Assembly (NCBI RefSeq): GCF_046119375.1
Contig: NW_027362771.1
Location: 333,963,686-333,996,000, forward strand
Source of the DNA: Phyllobates terribilis
Taxonomy: Eukaryota
Length of the DNA: 32,315 nucleotides
Reading direction: 5' to 3'
Of the stretch, positions 12,201-20,933 are shown in pieces. The position numbers and the translations under genes were made by a program. The notes under the pieces are model-generated. The model saw nothing but the letters and a program-made list of their open reading frames with translations. It had not been told where the DNA came from and did not search any database. Each line of letters opens with the position of its first letter. Position 1 is the stretch's first letter.

Positions 12201-13394
12201 GCCCAACACTATAGGAGTGGGAAGACCCTCCAACACGTAGCAAGACAACAGTTCTTTATGTATTGCCCCCACTTGAAGTTTTACGCCATGCACAGCTTGC
12301 AAAAAACTTCCCTGACCGAGAGGCCTGGCATCGATCGAGAATATGGGGATGGGTTTAGCCAACTCACTCAATCGCATACCTTGAACCCGGGCAAACCGAG
12401 CATCAACCAGATTAGCCCCGGCCCCACTATCCAGAAGAACAGATATCCTCTCAGTTCTCGCACCCACCACCACCTCCGCCGGTACGAGAAACTGAGACGA
12501 ACCTAGGGACGAAATACCTACTCCCAGATTGCCGTCCACCACACAACCTGGGATCAACAGTTTTTTCGACGACTCTTTACTCTGCAAGGGACGGGATGGA
12601 CACCCCCCAATAAAATGTCCCTTTTTCCCGCAGAGGAAACACCTTCCTGTCTTATGGCGCTCCACCGGTCCCCTTCCCCGAAATGATGTCCCTCCTAATT
12701 GCATAGGCTCCTCCGGACTGACCAGGGGAACCACCATATGAGGGGACCTTGTAGGAGGTGGAGACATTACAGGGGGTAGAGTTATCCCGCACCTCTCCCG
12801 AAACCGTCTGTCAACGCGAATGGCAAGGGCCATAGCGGCTTCCAGTGACGCGGGAGAGTCATACTGTGCCAACACATCCTGTAATTTGTCGGATAAACCA
12901 TGACAAAACTGGCTCCTAAGAGCCGGGTCATTCCACTGGGTGTCCGTGGCCCACCTACGGAACTCCGAACAGAATTCCTCCGCCGGACGATCTCCCTGCT
13001 GAATCCTACGTAACTTAGACTCAGCAAGGGAGATCCGATCTGGGTCATCATATACGAGTCCCAGAGCAGCGAAAAACCTATCCACTGACTGGAGAACCGG
13101 GGAGCTTGGGGGAAGAGAGAACGCCCAAGATTGTGGGTCCCCTTGTAGGAGCGAGATGACAATTCCCACCCTTTGTTCTTCGCTGCCCGATAACCGAGGC
13201 CGCAGCCGAAAGTACAATTTGCATGCCTCCCGGAAAACAAAAAACTTGTCCCGCCCCCCAGTGAACCTGTCAGGGAGAGCTACTTTAGGTTCTGGTCCGG
13301 CTTGCTCCAGAGGATGCAAAACCTTGGACCTAACGTCCGCCAGCCCCATGGACAAACTCTGCAACTGCCGAGCTAGACCGGCTACTGGATCCAT
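9183..13394 (-). CDS. Gag-Pol polyprotein (gag, CCHC knuckle, protease, RT, RNase H, integrase, chromodomain), 1403 aa
   Basis: CFLCGKKGHFIGGC; LLDSGA; YLDD; VDAS; integrase H-H-C-C and SMDF/SDRG/TER; GPY; C-terminal FQVSRVIDSR...YLVHWKGYGPEERMW. The stop codon lies inside the 3' LTR. Confidence 0.97.
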   Translation of the reverse strand: MDPVAGLARQLQSLSMGLADVRSKVLHPLEQAGPEPKVALPDRFTGGRDKFFVFREACKLYFRLRPRLSGSEEQRVGIVISLLQGDPQSWAFSLPPSSPVLQSVDRFFAALGLVYDDPDRISLAESKLRRIQQGDRPAEEFCSEFRRWATDTQWNDPALRSQFCHGLSDKLQDVLAQYDSPASLEAAMALAIRVDRRFRERCGITLPPVMSPPPTRSPHMVVPLVSPEEPMQLGGTSFRGRGPVERHKTGRCFLCGKKGHFIGGCPSRPLQSKESSKKLLIPGCVVDGNLGVGISSLGSSQFLVPAEVVVGARTERISVLLDSGAGANLVDARFARVQGMRLSELAKPIPIFSIDARPLGQGSFLQAVHGVKLQVGAIHKELLSCYVLEGLPTPIVLGLPWLAKHNPVINWQTREISQWSKFCNKNCMNTVIGAVTPWVLPPFLADFEDVFSENGCQELPPHREYDCSVKLLPEAKLPKARLYNLSGPERQAMKDYISESLAKGHIRPSSSPVAAGFFFVKKKDGGLRPCLDFRELNRITVRDPYPLPLIPDLFNQIVGAKWFSKLDLRGAYNLIRMKEGDEWKTAFNTPEGHYENLVMPFGLTNAPAVFQHFVNDIFRHLVGQFVVIYLDDILIYSPDLVSHQEHVRQVLQILRDNKLYAKWEKCVFAVQELQFLGFLVSASGFRMDPGKVRAVLEWDRPENLKALQRFLGFANYYRKFIRNFSSMVKPLTDMTKKGTDFSRWSDKACQAFSSLKKCFASAPILIQPDASQPFFVEVDASEVGVGAVLSQGSSPGKWHPCAFFSKKLSSAERNYDVGNRELLAIKLAFEEWRHFLEGAVHPVTVITDHKNLLYLESAKRLNPRQARWSLFFTRFNFVVTYRPGSKNVKADALSRSFPGAGNTDDPIPILQEGVVVSAVCSELEEEIVEAQGDAPVGPPGRLFVPDQLRQKVIEAHHNSVFAGHPGSKATVDLLSRRFWWPNLHKEVVTFVASCGVCARSKTSHTRPSGALLPLKIPERPWTHLSMDFITDLPPSSGKTVILVVVDRFSKMAHFIALPALPNAKTLAQVFIGEIVRLHGVPSEVVSDRGSQFVSKFWKAFCARRGMHLSFSSAFHPQTNGQTERMNQSLETYLRCFVSENQEDWASFLPLAEFALNNRRSESTGKSPFFGAYGFHPQFCTFSRGGSSGVPEEERFSSSLASVWRGVLKNLNTMGNRYKRMADRRRVSGPDLSVNDQVWLSTRNIKLKVPSWKLGPRFIGPYRISSVINPVAFRLDLPPTFKIHNVFHRSLLKRYVAPVVPSPLPPPPVVVNGNLEFQVSRVIDSRFNRRSLQYLVHWKGYGPEERMWVPASDINADRLVRAFHTTHPNKPGPEGPEAPRRRGGTVTGVLPRRSSRVHSLTSRS
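9247..9257 (-). promoter_or_regulatory. Polypurine tract
   Basis: Minus strand AGAAGGGGGGG, 3 nt before the 3' LTR. Confidence 0.85.
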
Positions 13395-13418
13395 GGTAGC
13401 TGGAGAAAAACTAAGTTG

Positions 13419-13429
13419 GTCGGTGAAAA
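13419..13429 (-). promoter_or_regulatory. Primer-binding site, self-priming (non-tRNA) type
   Basis: Minus strand TTTTCACCGAC directly after the 5' LTR; lacks the TGG start of tRNA PBSs; complementary to GTCGGTGAAAG inside the LTR (13854-13844). Confidence 0.75.
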
Positions 13430-14058
13430 TGTCACACTGTCACAGAATACTGGAGGTAGGGGGCCTAAGCTGACCCTAAGCTGGGGCCCTGACTAATCCC
13501 TCAACCTGGAGGTACTGTTAAAGGTACAGAGGTCCAGGCCGCCAGCGTAACCCCTACCTCCTGAGGATCCCTGCACCTCAGTAATCTAGTCCTGAGAAGG
13601 ACCCCGATCACAACAATTGGGAACCAGAAATAATATGCCCACACACAGTATTTAGACGAACGAGACAGTACAAGGGAAAAACCAAAACCACCTTGCATAC
13701 AACTTCTACACAACTACAACAGAGGGAACACCAACGGGAAAGGAGATAAATGATAAAGCGAGGAAAGGGAAAAAACACTTCCAAATACACTTATCTCAGC
13801 AACTCCAAACACCACGATCCGCTCTGTAAGTCTGAATGAAAAGCTTTCACCGACACCTCCCAAACAGACCTGCAGGAATATGAAGGAGTCTCACTAAAGA
13901 AGCATTGATTGCAGCTGGGCGAGGCTGGACCTCAGCTAGCCCAGAGAGAGAGAGAATTAACTCCTTCACTGCCGAAAAAACACAAAGCACCAACAAGTCA
14001 GCTGCGAGAAGTCAGGCTGTGTACTCGTGACGATCTTCGTGGCAACACACCCGTGACA
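13430..14058 (-). repeat. 5' LTR of the chromovirus
   Basis: Direct repeat of 8615-9243. Confidence 0.95.
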
Positions 14059-14063
14059 CATAG

Positions 14064-14299
14064 AGATTTTGGGTCCATGGCCTGGAAACTCCCCAGATCT
14101 TAATCCCATTGAGAACTTGTGGTCAATCATCAAGAGACGGGTGGACAAACAAAAACCAACAAATTCTGGCAAAATGCAAGCATTGATTATGCAAGAATGG
14201 ACTGCTATCAGTCAGGATTTGGTCCAAAAGTTGATTGAGAGCACGCCAGGGAGAATTACAGAGGACTTGAAGAAGAAGGGGCAACACTTCAAATATTGA
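14064..14299 (+). pseudogene. Element B transposase, 3' part
   Basis: (E)ILGPWPGNSPDLNPIENLWSIIKRRV...KY*; joins 8614 in frame once the LTR element and one TSD are removed. Confidence 0.9.
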
Positions 14300-14478
14300 C
14301 TTGCTGCATTAACTCATTCTAACTGTCAATATAACCTATTGGTACTCATAATATGATTGCAATTATATTTCTGTATGTGATATAAACATCAGACAAACTC
14401 TAATAAAAACCAGAGGCCAGCAGATCATGTGAAAATATAATTTTGGTATCATTCTCAAAACTTTTGGCCATGACTGTA

Positions 14479-14847
14479 TTCAGAGCCATACTGTGTGCTC
14501 AGATCCAGCCAAATGCAGCCAAACTGATTGGTCGTCGTTTCATACTACAGATGAACAATGATCCAAAACATAAAGCCAAAGCAACCCAGGAGTTTATTAA
14601 AGGAAAGAAGTGGAATATTCTTGAATGGCCAAGTCAGTCACCTGATCTCAACCCAATTGAGCATGCATTTCACTTGTTAAAGACTAAACTTCAGACAGAA
14701 AGGCCCACAAACAAACAGCAACTGAAAACCACCGCAGTGAAGGCCTGGCAGAGCATCAAAAAGGAGGAAACACAGCGTCTGGTGATGTCCATGAGTTCAA
14801 GACTTCAGGCAGTCATTGCTAACAAAGGGTTTTCAACCAAGTACTAG
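14479..14847 (+). pseudogene. Tc1-A transposase, C-terminal part
   Basis: FRAILCAQIQP...QMNNDPKH...WPSQSPDLNPIE...KY*; in frame with 7457. The second catalytic D reads N, and 34 residues separate it from the E. Confidence 0.9.
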
Positions 14848-15214
14848 AAATGAACATTTTATTTACAATTATTTAATCTGTCCAGTTACTTTTGGTCCCT
14901 TTAAAAACAGGGTGGCACATGTTAAGGAGCTGAAACTCCTAAGCCCTTCATCCAATTTTAATGTGGATACCCTCATATTAAAGCTGAAAGTGTGAACTTC
15001 AACTGCATCTGAATTGTTTTGTTTAAAATTCATTGTGGTAATGTCTAGAACCAAAATTAGAAAAATGTTGTCTCTGTCCAAATATATATGGACCTAACTG
15101 TATGTCTGAAAAACCTAAAATGCATCACATAAATACCAAGTAAACAAAGTTGAAAGATAGCTTATTTTATAACTTTCCTTTGTTATGACTGCCAAAGCAC
15201 ATTCATAAACAGTG

Positions 15215-16676
15215 AAACTGAAATATCACATGGTCATAAGTATTCAGACCCTTTGCTCAGACACTCATATTTAAGTCACATGCTGTCCATTTCCTTATGA
15301 TCCTCCTTGAGATGGTTCTACTCCTTTATTGGAGTCCAGCTGTGTTTAATTAAACTGATAGGACTTGATTTGGAAAGGCACACACCTGTCTATATAAGAC
15401 CTCACAGCTCACAGTGCATGTCAGACCAAATGAGAATCATGAGCTCAAAGGAACTACCCAAGGAGCTCAGAGACAGAATTGTAGCAAGGCACAGATCTGG
15501 CCAAGGTTACAAAAGAATTTCTGCATTACTCAATGTTCCTAAGAGCACATTGGCCTCCATAATCCTTAAATGGAAGAAGTTTGGGACCACCAGAAGTGTT
15601 CCTAGACCAAGCCGTCCAGCCAAACTGAGCAATCGTGGGAGAAGAGCCTTGGTGAGAGAGGTAAAGAAGAACCCCAAGATCACTGTGGCTGAGCTCCAGA
15701 GATGCAGTAGGGAAATGGGAGAAAGTTCCACAAAGTCAACTATCACTGCAGCCCTCCACCAGTCTGGCCTTTATGGCAGAGTGGCCTGACGGAAGCCTCT
15801 CCTCTGTGCAAGACATATGAAAGCCCGCATAGAGTTTGCTCAACAACACATGAAAGACTCCCAGACTATGAGAAATAAGATTCTCTAGTCTGATGGGACA
15901 ACTATAGAACTTTTTGGTGATAATTCTAAGCGGTATGTGTGGAGAAAACCAGGCACTGCTCATCACCTGCCCAATACAATCCAAACAGTGAAACATGGTG
16001 GTGGCAGCATCATGCTATGGGGGAGTTTTTCAGCTGGAGGGACAGGATGACTGGTTGCAATTGAAGGAAACATGAATGCGGCCAAATACAGAGATATCCT
16101 GGATGTAAACCTCTTCCAGAGTGCTCTGGACCTCAGACTTGGCTGAAGGTTCACCTTCCAACAAGACAATGACCCTAAGCGCACAGCTAAAATAACAAAG
16201 GAGTGGTTCAGAACAACTCTGTGACCATTATTGACTGGCGCAGCGAGAGCCCTGACCTAAACCCAATTGAGCATCTCTCGAGAGACCTGAAAATGACTGT
16301 CTACCAACGTACACCATCCAACCTGACGGAACTGGAAAGGATCTGCAAGGAAGAATGGCAGAGGATCCCCAAATACAGGTGTGAAAAACTTGATACATCA
16401 TTCCAAATAAGACTCATGGCTGTACTAGCTCAAAAGGGTGCTTCTACTCAATACTGAGCAAAGGGTCTGAATACTTATGACCATGTGATATTTCAGTTTT
16501 TATTTTTTAATAAATTTGCAAAAATTTCTACATTTCTTGTTTTTTTTTTCAGTCAAGATGGGGTGCAGAGTGTACTTTAATGAGAAAAAAATGAACTTTT
16601 TAGAATTTACCAAATGGCTGCAATGAAACAAAGAGTGAAAAATGTAAAGGGGTCTGAATACTTTCCGTACCCACTG
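15215..16676 (+). mobile_element. Tc1 element C (IR/DR type), outer part of left TIR missing
   Basis: Right end ...ggtctgaatactttccgtacccactg|TA (16676). The inner TIR segment aaactgaaatatcacatggtcataagtattcagaccctttgctcag at 15215 is mirrored at ~16452-16500. Confidence 0.9.
15439..16457 (+). pseudogene. Tc1-C transposase pseudogene
   Basis: MSSKELPKELRDRIV...[11 protein letters not shown]...QQDNDPK...SPDLNPIE...STQY*, with at least four in-frame stops and a frameshift. Confidence 0.9.
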
Positions 16677-16895
16677 TAGGTAACGTACAAACCAGGAAGA
16701 CAAATACCTGACTGGACCTGACAAGTGCCTGTTCAGATTAGGAAATAAAACCTTCTCTGACCCTGGTCTGTCCCTGCCTGACCATGGAGGTTAGCATCAT
16801 AAGATAATGTAATGGAGACCACACTCGGCGGCAGCTTACCCTGAATGTCCTTAGCAGCTCCTAAGATAGCTAAAGTTGCAGTTCCCTAAGGAATG

Positions 16896-17756
16896 TGTAA
16901 CGGGTCTGGGAGGTGGAACCTCTGAGCTACGATACAAAGGGGCAGTCCTTGTAAGGAAGCGGGTGGCTCCCAGGGTAGGCGGGCAGGTAGTCACGGCAAG
17001 TGACGGGGACAGTCTCTGGGTAGAAGGGCAGGAGGTCACGGCAAGTGACAGGGACCGTCTCTGGGTAGAAGGGCAGGAGGTCACGGCAAGTGACGGGGAC
17101 AGTCTCTAGGTAGAAGGGCAGGAGGTCACGGCAAGTGACAGGAACAGTCTCTTGACAGGTGGGTGGTCACGGCAAGTGACGACGAAGCCTCCAGATAGGC
17201 TAGCAGGCAGGTAGCAGGCGGACGCTCCCAGGTGAGCGGGTAAGAGTCTCTGGACAGGCAGGTGGTCACAGCACGTGACGGCAGAGCCTCCAGGTAGGCT
17301 AGCAGGCAGGTAGCAGATGAGCGCTCCCAGGTGAGCGGGCAATCAGATCCATAGACAGACTGGCAGGGCTGGTAGGCAGACTGTCGGACCGCAGGAATAC
17401 AAGTAGATAGACAAGTATCAGGCAGGTATCAAGCAGGAATCTGGCAGGTAACTGGTAACGGGACCTGAGGGCTGAAGCAGAGTGATAGACTATGCAACAA
17501 CATTGCTCGGGCACCTCCATTTTGGAGGAGGTGCCTTATATATGGTGAGGTCCTCCGGCCATTGGCCGGGGACTCCTTAGGACAACGTGCGCGGCCCCTT
17601 TAAGAGATGGGGAGCGCGCGCGTGTGCGCCCTAAGCACAGTGGCCGGGAAGCAGCACGCGCTGCCAGCAGAGCGGGAGGAAGACGCCGGGCACGGAGCGG
17701 AGAGGTGAGGGGAACAGCATCCCTGCCTAGCAGGAGGCAGGGACGCCGACGCTACA
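16896..17756 (-). mobile_element. Solo LTR (861 bp)
   Basis: TGTAACG...CGCTACA termini, perfect 5-bp TSD GAATG (16891-16895 and 17757-17761), minus-strand TATATAA at 17542-17536. Confidence 0.88.
16990..17340. repeat. 45-bp tandem repeat plus ~99-bp duplication inside the solo LTR
   Basis: gtcacggcaagtgac at 16990, 17035, 17080, 17125, 17166; variant gtcacagcacgtgac at ~17265. Confidence 0.9.
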
Positions 17757-18109
17757 GAATGCAAGAATTACACACAAAACTACTGCAACCAACACAAACT
17801 ACAACAAAGTGAATTAATACAAAAAAGTCTATCACCAGCAGGAAACACCAGTAGGGGAAGCTATTGAAGGCTGCACCCGAAAGGTGATAGGACAGACAAA
17901 CAGGGTAAATGAAAAACACCTGTTACCCAAAGCAGACAGAAACAAAGATAACAAAACTAAAACACCCAAAGAAAAGGTGTATCTGTTGTGGCTCAGCGGA
18001 AAGAGATGCCAGCCACAGAACACAGAATCAAGAGTTCGAATCCAAAAGCATGACATCCTTGTAAAATATTGACAGTTTTCTGTGTACACTGGAAGTAGAC
18101 AAAAAGGTG

Positions 18110-18422
18110 CCAATGAGTGGTGAAAGCATAGTTTATACAGAGCTCATGAATATAGAAGATTACATGGCAGAACTGATGCACTGCAGAGCAGGCTGTCAGT
18201 CAGTGTTGGGGTGTGGTTTCAGCTGCCGCTGACTGTTTAATGAGCAGTGACTGAAGCCGCCCTGGCCGGAACTCTATGACTGAAAGCCTGAGGCTGCTGG
18301 GAGTAATAAAGTTAATTTCTTCCCAGCAGCCGGGCCCCGAGGTGCTTTAGAACTATTAATCTGAACATTAACCCCATATCTGCAGGTTAATAGCTCTTTT
18401 TGACATGACAGGTTCTCTTTAA
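18110..18422. mobile_element. T2/Kolobok-type MITE, right-end fragment
   Basis: Ends tgacaggttctct|TTAA (18419-18422); left boundary is approximate. Confidence 0.5.
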
Positions 18423-19269
18423 ATTTAAACTGCCATTGACTGAAGGTCCAATTACACTTCATGATTATCATGAATGAGCGTTCCTAGATCATTTCACAAT
18501 AATCGTGCAGTCTAAACAGACTGCCAGTCACCCAATGTATGAGAAAATTGTGTGATCGTTAGGTGAAAAGATCTTTTGACCTGCACAAAAAAATAATCGC
18601 GGACCATGTGCACTGAACAACCTATATACAGATCATTCAGTGCACATCTGAAGAGTGGTCTGCCAATGTAAACAGGCTATTAAACTACCGCCGATCAGTA
18701 AATATGTGTCGGAGAGAGTTGGAAGGCAAATCAAATTATTGCAATAGCTCAGTAATATCTGCGGGTTCAGCCAATTTTAATGTGTGGGCCTTAACTCTCC
18801 CTTTAGCAAATCCTGTTCCCAAAGGCCGCCACTATACTTAAAGTGGTATTCCTATTTCCAACATCCTATTCCGATATATACTAGGTTTAATAATAATATT
18901 AGCAAATACCTCCAATTACAAATGGCGTATAGTTCTTCTGATTCGCCATGTCGCTTACCCCATAACGTTGGCACCTCATTTATGCATTTTACTCAAAATG
19001 TGGAGTACATTTCTGCTGTATGTGAGCTGGGGATGTTAAAAAGTCCCCATTATCTCAATGTGGGCGGAATGTGTATAGTGTTGTTTGCGTTGGCAAGCTT
19101 TTGTTTTTCCAGGTTTGGAAATCTTCTCTACTTGCCAGTTTGATTGATGAGGACTCTTTCCTACCTACAGGGACCAATTTTATGTATCCTAACAACTATT
19201 ATATGTATTTATTAACATGTTAAAATGTGTGGACAACATAGCATAGTACATTAGGAGCTTGGGGATGCG

Positions 19270-20933
19270 TAAAAGAGGTGTGCCATGTTCTCCTGCACCA
19301 ATATCAACCAGCAATAATATGTCTCTTTGAGGAACACGTGGTGAAAGACAAAATTCACTAGCTGCACCATGCATGTTGCAGACTTGGAGGGTCAATTTAT
19401 TTCTGCATGATGTTTTTTATATAATGTAATGTGTATTCTAGTGGCACTTTATATTCCTCCACCACACTCAGATGAAGCTCTTAAAAGGATATGAATCTTT
19501 ATATCTACTCTTCCGAGCTATTATAGTGGGTGATTTCAATATTTACTACATTCATTTTGGGACAAGTTTCAGATAGGAATCATACCAGAGTTGGCACTAC
19601 TGACCTCTTTTACATGGGTTTTATCAAAAGTGTGTTTTGTAGATGTGTGGAGCATCAGATATCCTATGGTCAATCAGTGTTTCTCAGTGTTTCTGTTACT
19701 CCTCATCACTACATTCCCTGTCCCTGTCTAGAACTGATATCACCAGGGAAATACCAGTATATTGCCATATGTGAAATCTGTGCCTTGGAGCATCTGCAAT
19801 CACTTCCCCATACGTGTGCAGTTGGAATTAGGTGATATGTGCTCAAATAACATAGGCTTATGGTTTTGTAACACTTTTTGGATACAAACCATTTGAGGCT
19901 CTCTGTACACATGAGCATGTTCTTAAATATTCCCTCTTGAATGAGCCTTTGGCCTCCAATCGCTTGGTTTCGGATGCCATGAATTCGTATATACGGGGAT
20001 TGAACTTTAATGGAATCAGTAAATGGAAATCCAAAACAAGTGAACTCACACAGGAGTTGAAAAAGAGAGTGTGGCAAAAGGAGATGGTTTTTAGTCATGG
20101 CAAAAGAATATAATCTTGAAAACACTCAGAAACTACTACGTTTTTTGAAGAGTTAGAAAGCGCCTGTCATTTATTAGCGACCATAGTTGAGGCTCAAAGC
20201 GAAATATTATATATATCTGACTTGACCTTGGAGAGTGGGGACATGATTACGGGGAGTATATATATATTTAGGGTCTCATGTTACTATTGTTCCAGCCTAT
20301 ACTCATCTAAGTCTACTTCTCAAATGACAGTGGTTGAAGAGTCTCTAGATTGTATACCACTTACAAACTTCTCCAGTGACGATAAAGAGATTTTGGAGCA
20401 GCCCTCCTCTATAGAACAACTAAGTGAGGGGTTGCAGAAGGTACAAAACAAAAGGGCCCCGGGGTTGAATGGACTCTGTTGAGTTACTTAAAAGATATGG
20501 TGACCTATTGCTTCCTCGACTATTAACTATTTTTTGAAGAATCAGTCTAGGTGGGATCCCTTCCATATTCAATGAAAGAGGCAATGATTTCACTGCTAAA
20601 AAGTGGGAATAAACCTCCCCTGCCTGACTCTTAATAGCCAATATCCCTACTCCCTATACTGTATATGTCAAGCTGCTAGCTAAAATTTTGTCATGTGTGA
20701 TTACTGGAGTGTTTCTTGGGGACCAGACTTGCTTTATGCCGAATAAGTCCACATATATTCATTTGTGATGTCTCTCCCTTGGACTGCATTTCATATCAGA
20801 TGACTTGGGTACAAGAGCTGACCTTTCCCTTAACTCTGCCAAAACCATTCACAGCATTGAGTAGAACTTTATATGGGTTGTCCTGAATGAGATGGGATTT
20901 GGCCCTAAGTTTATTACATATATGCAGCTACTG
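19270..20933 (+). pseudogene. Heavily decayed L1-clade ORF2 (APE endonuclease into start of RT)
   Basis: Motif remnants in the correct order across frames: RGV, LVALYIPP (~19440), IIVGDFN (19520-19540), VDVWSIRYP (19639), DAMNSYIRG, HLLATIV, KRAPGLNG, ISLL..VKLLAKIL, DQTCFMP, MGFGPKFI. Cut by the LTR at 20934. Confidence 0.75.

Larger units (their letters stand above)
8615..14058 (-). mobile_element. Full-length Ty3/Gypsy chromovirus (Tf1/sushi-like), apparently intact
   Basis: Two 629-bp LTRs with TGTCAC...GTGACA termini, 5-bp TSD CATAG (8610-8614 and 14059-14063), PPT, and a single uninterrupted gag-pol ORF. Confidence 0.97.
7458..14476 (+). mobile_element. Tc1-like element B, DD35E (Traveler-like), short TIRs, 1570 bp without the LTR insert
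   Basis: TA|cagtcatggccaaaagtattgagaatga ... tcattctcaaaacttttggccatgactg|TA (1 mismatch in ~28 bp). Reconstructed transposase is 338 aa with D-35-E spacing. Confidence 0.9.
6428..15100 (+). mobile_element. Tc1 element A (IR/DR type, ~220-bp TIRs, ~1.65 kb without nested inserts)
   Basis: TA|cagttaggtccata... (6428) and ...tatggacctaactg|TA (15100). TIRs 6428-~6654 and ~14879-15100, each with inner and outer direct repeats. Transposase split in two. Confidence 0.95.
16679..18055 (-). mobile_element. Older LTR-like sequence into which the 16896-17756 solo LTR inserted
   Basis: Compositional resemblance to Gypsy LTR U5 regions; ends ...catgaca at 18055; no TSD confirmed. Confidence 0.3.

Noticed and set aside
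9320-13473. Many short overlapping or antisense ORFs within the chromovirus (likewise within CR1 and the Tc1s)
   Set aside because: Shadow frames of long coding regions with no independent motifs.
15205-15220. cagtg just before the truncated Tc1-C TIR as the true left terminus
   Set aside because: It is preceded by AA rather than TA, and a 5-bp match is expected by chance.
16990-17180. Regularly spaced palindromic repeats resembling a CRISPR array
   Set aside because: The spacers are near-identical rather than unique, the context is a eukaryotic LTR, and there are no cas genes.
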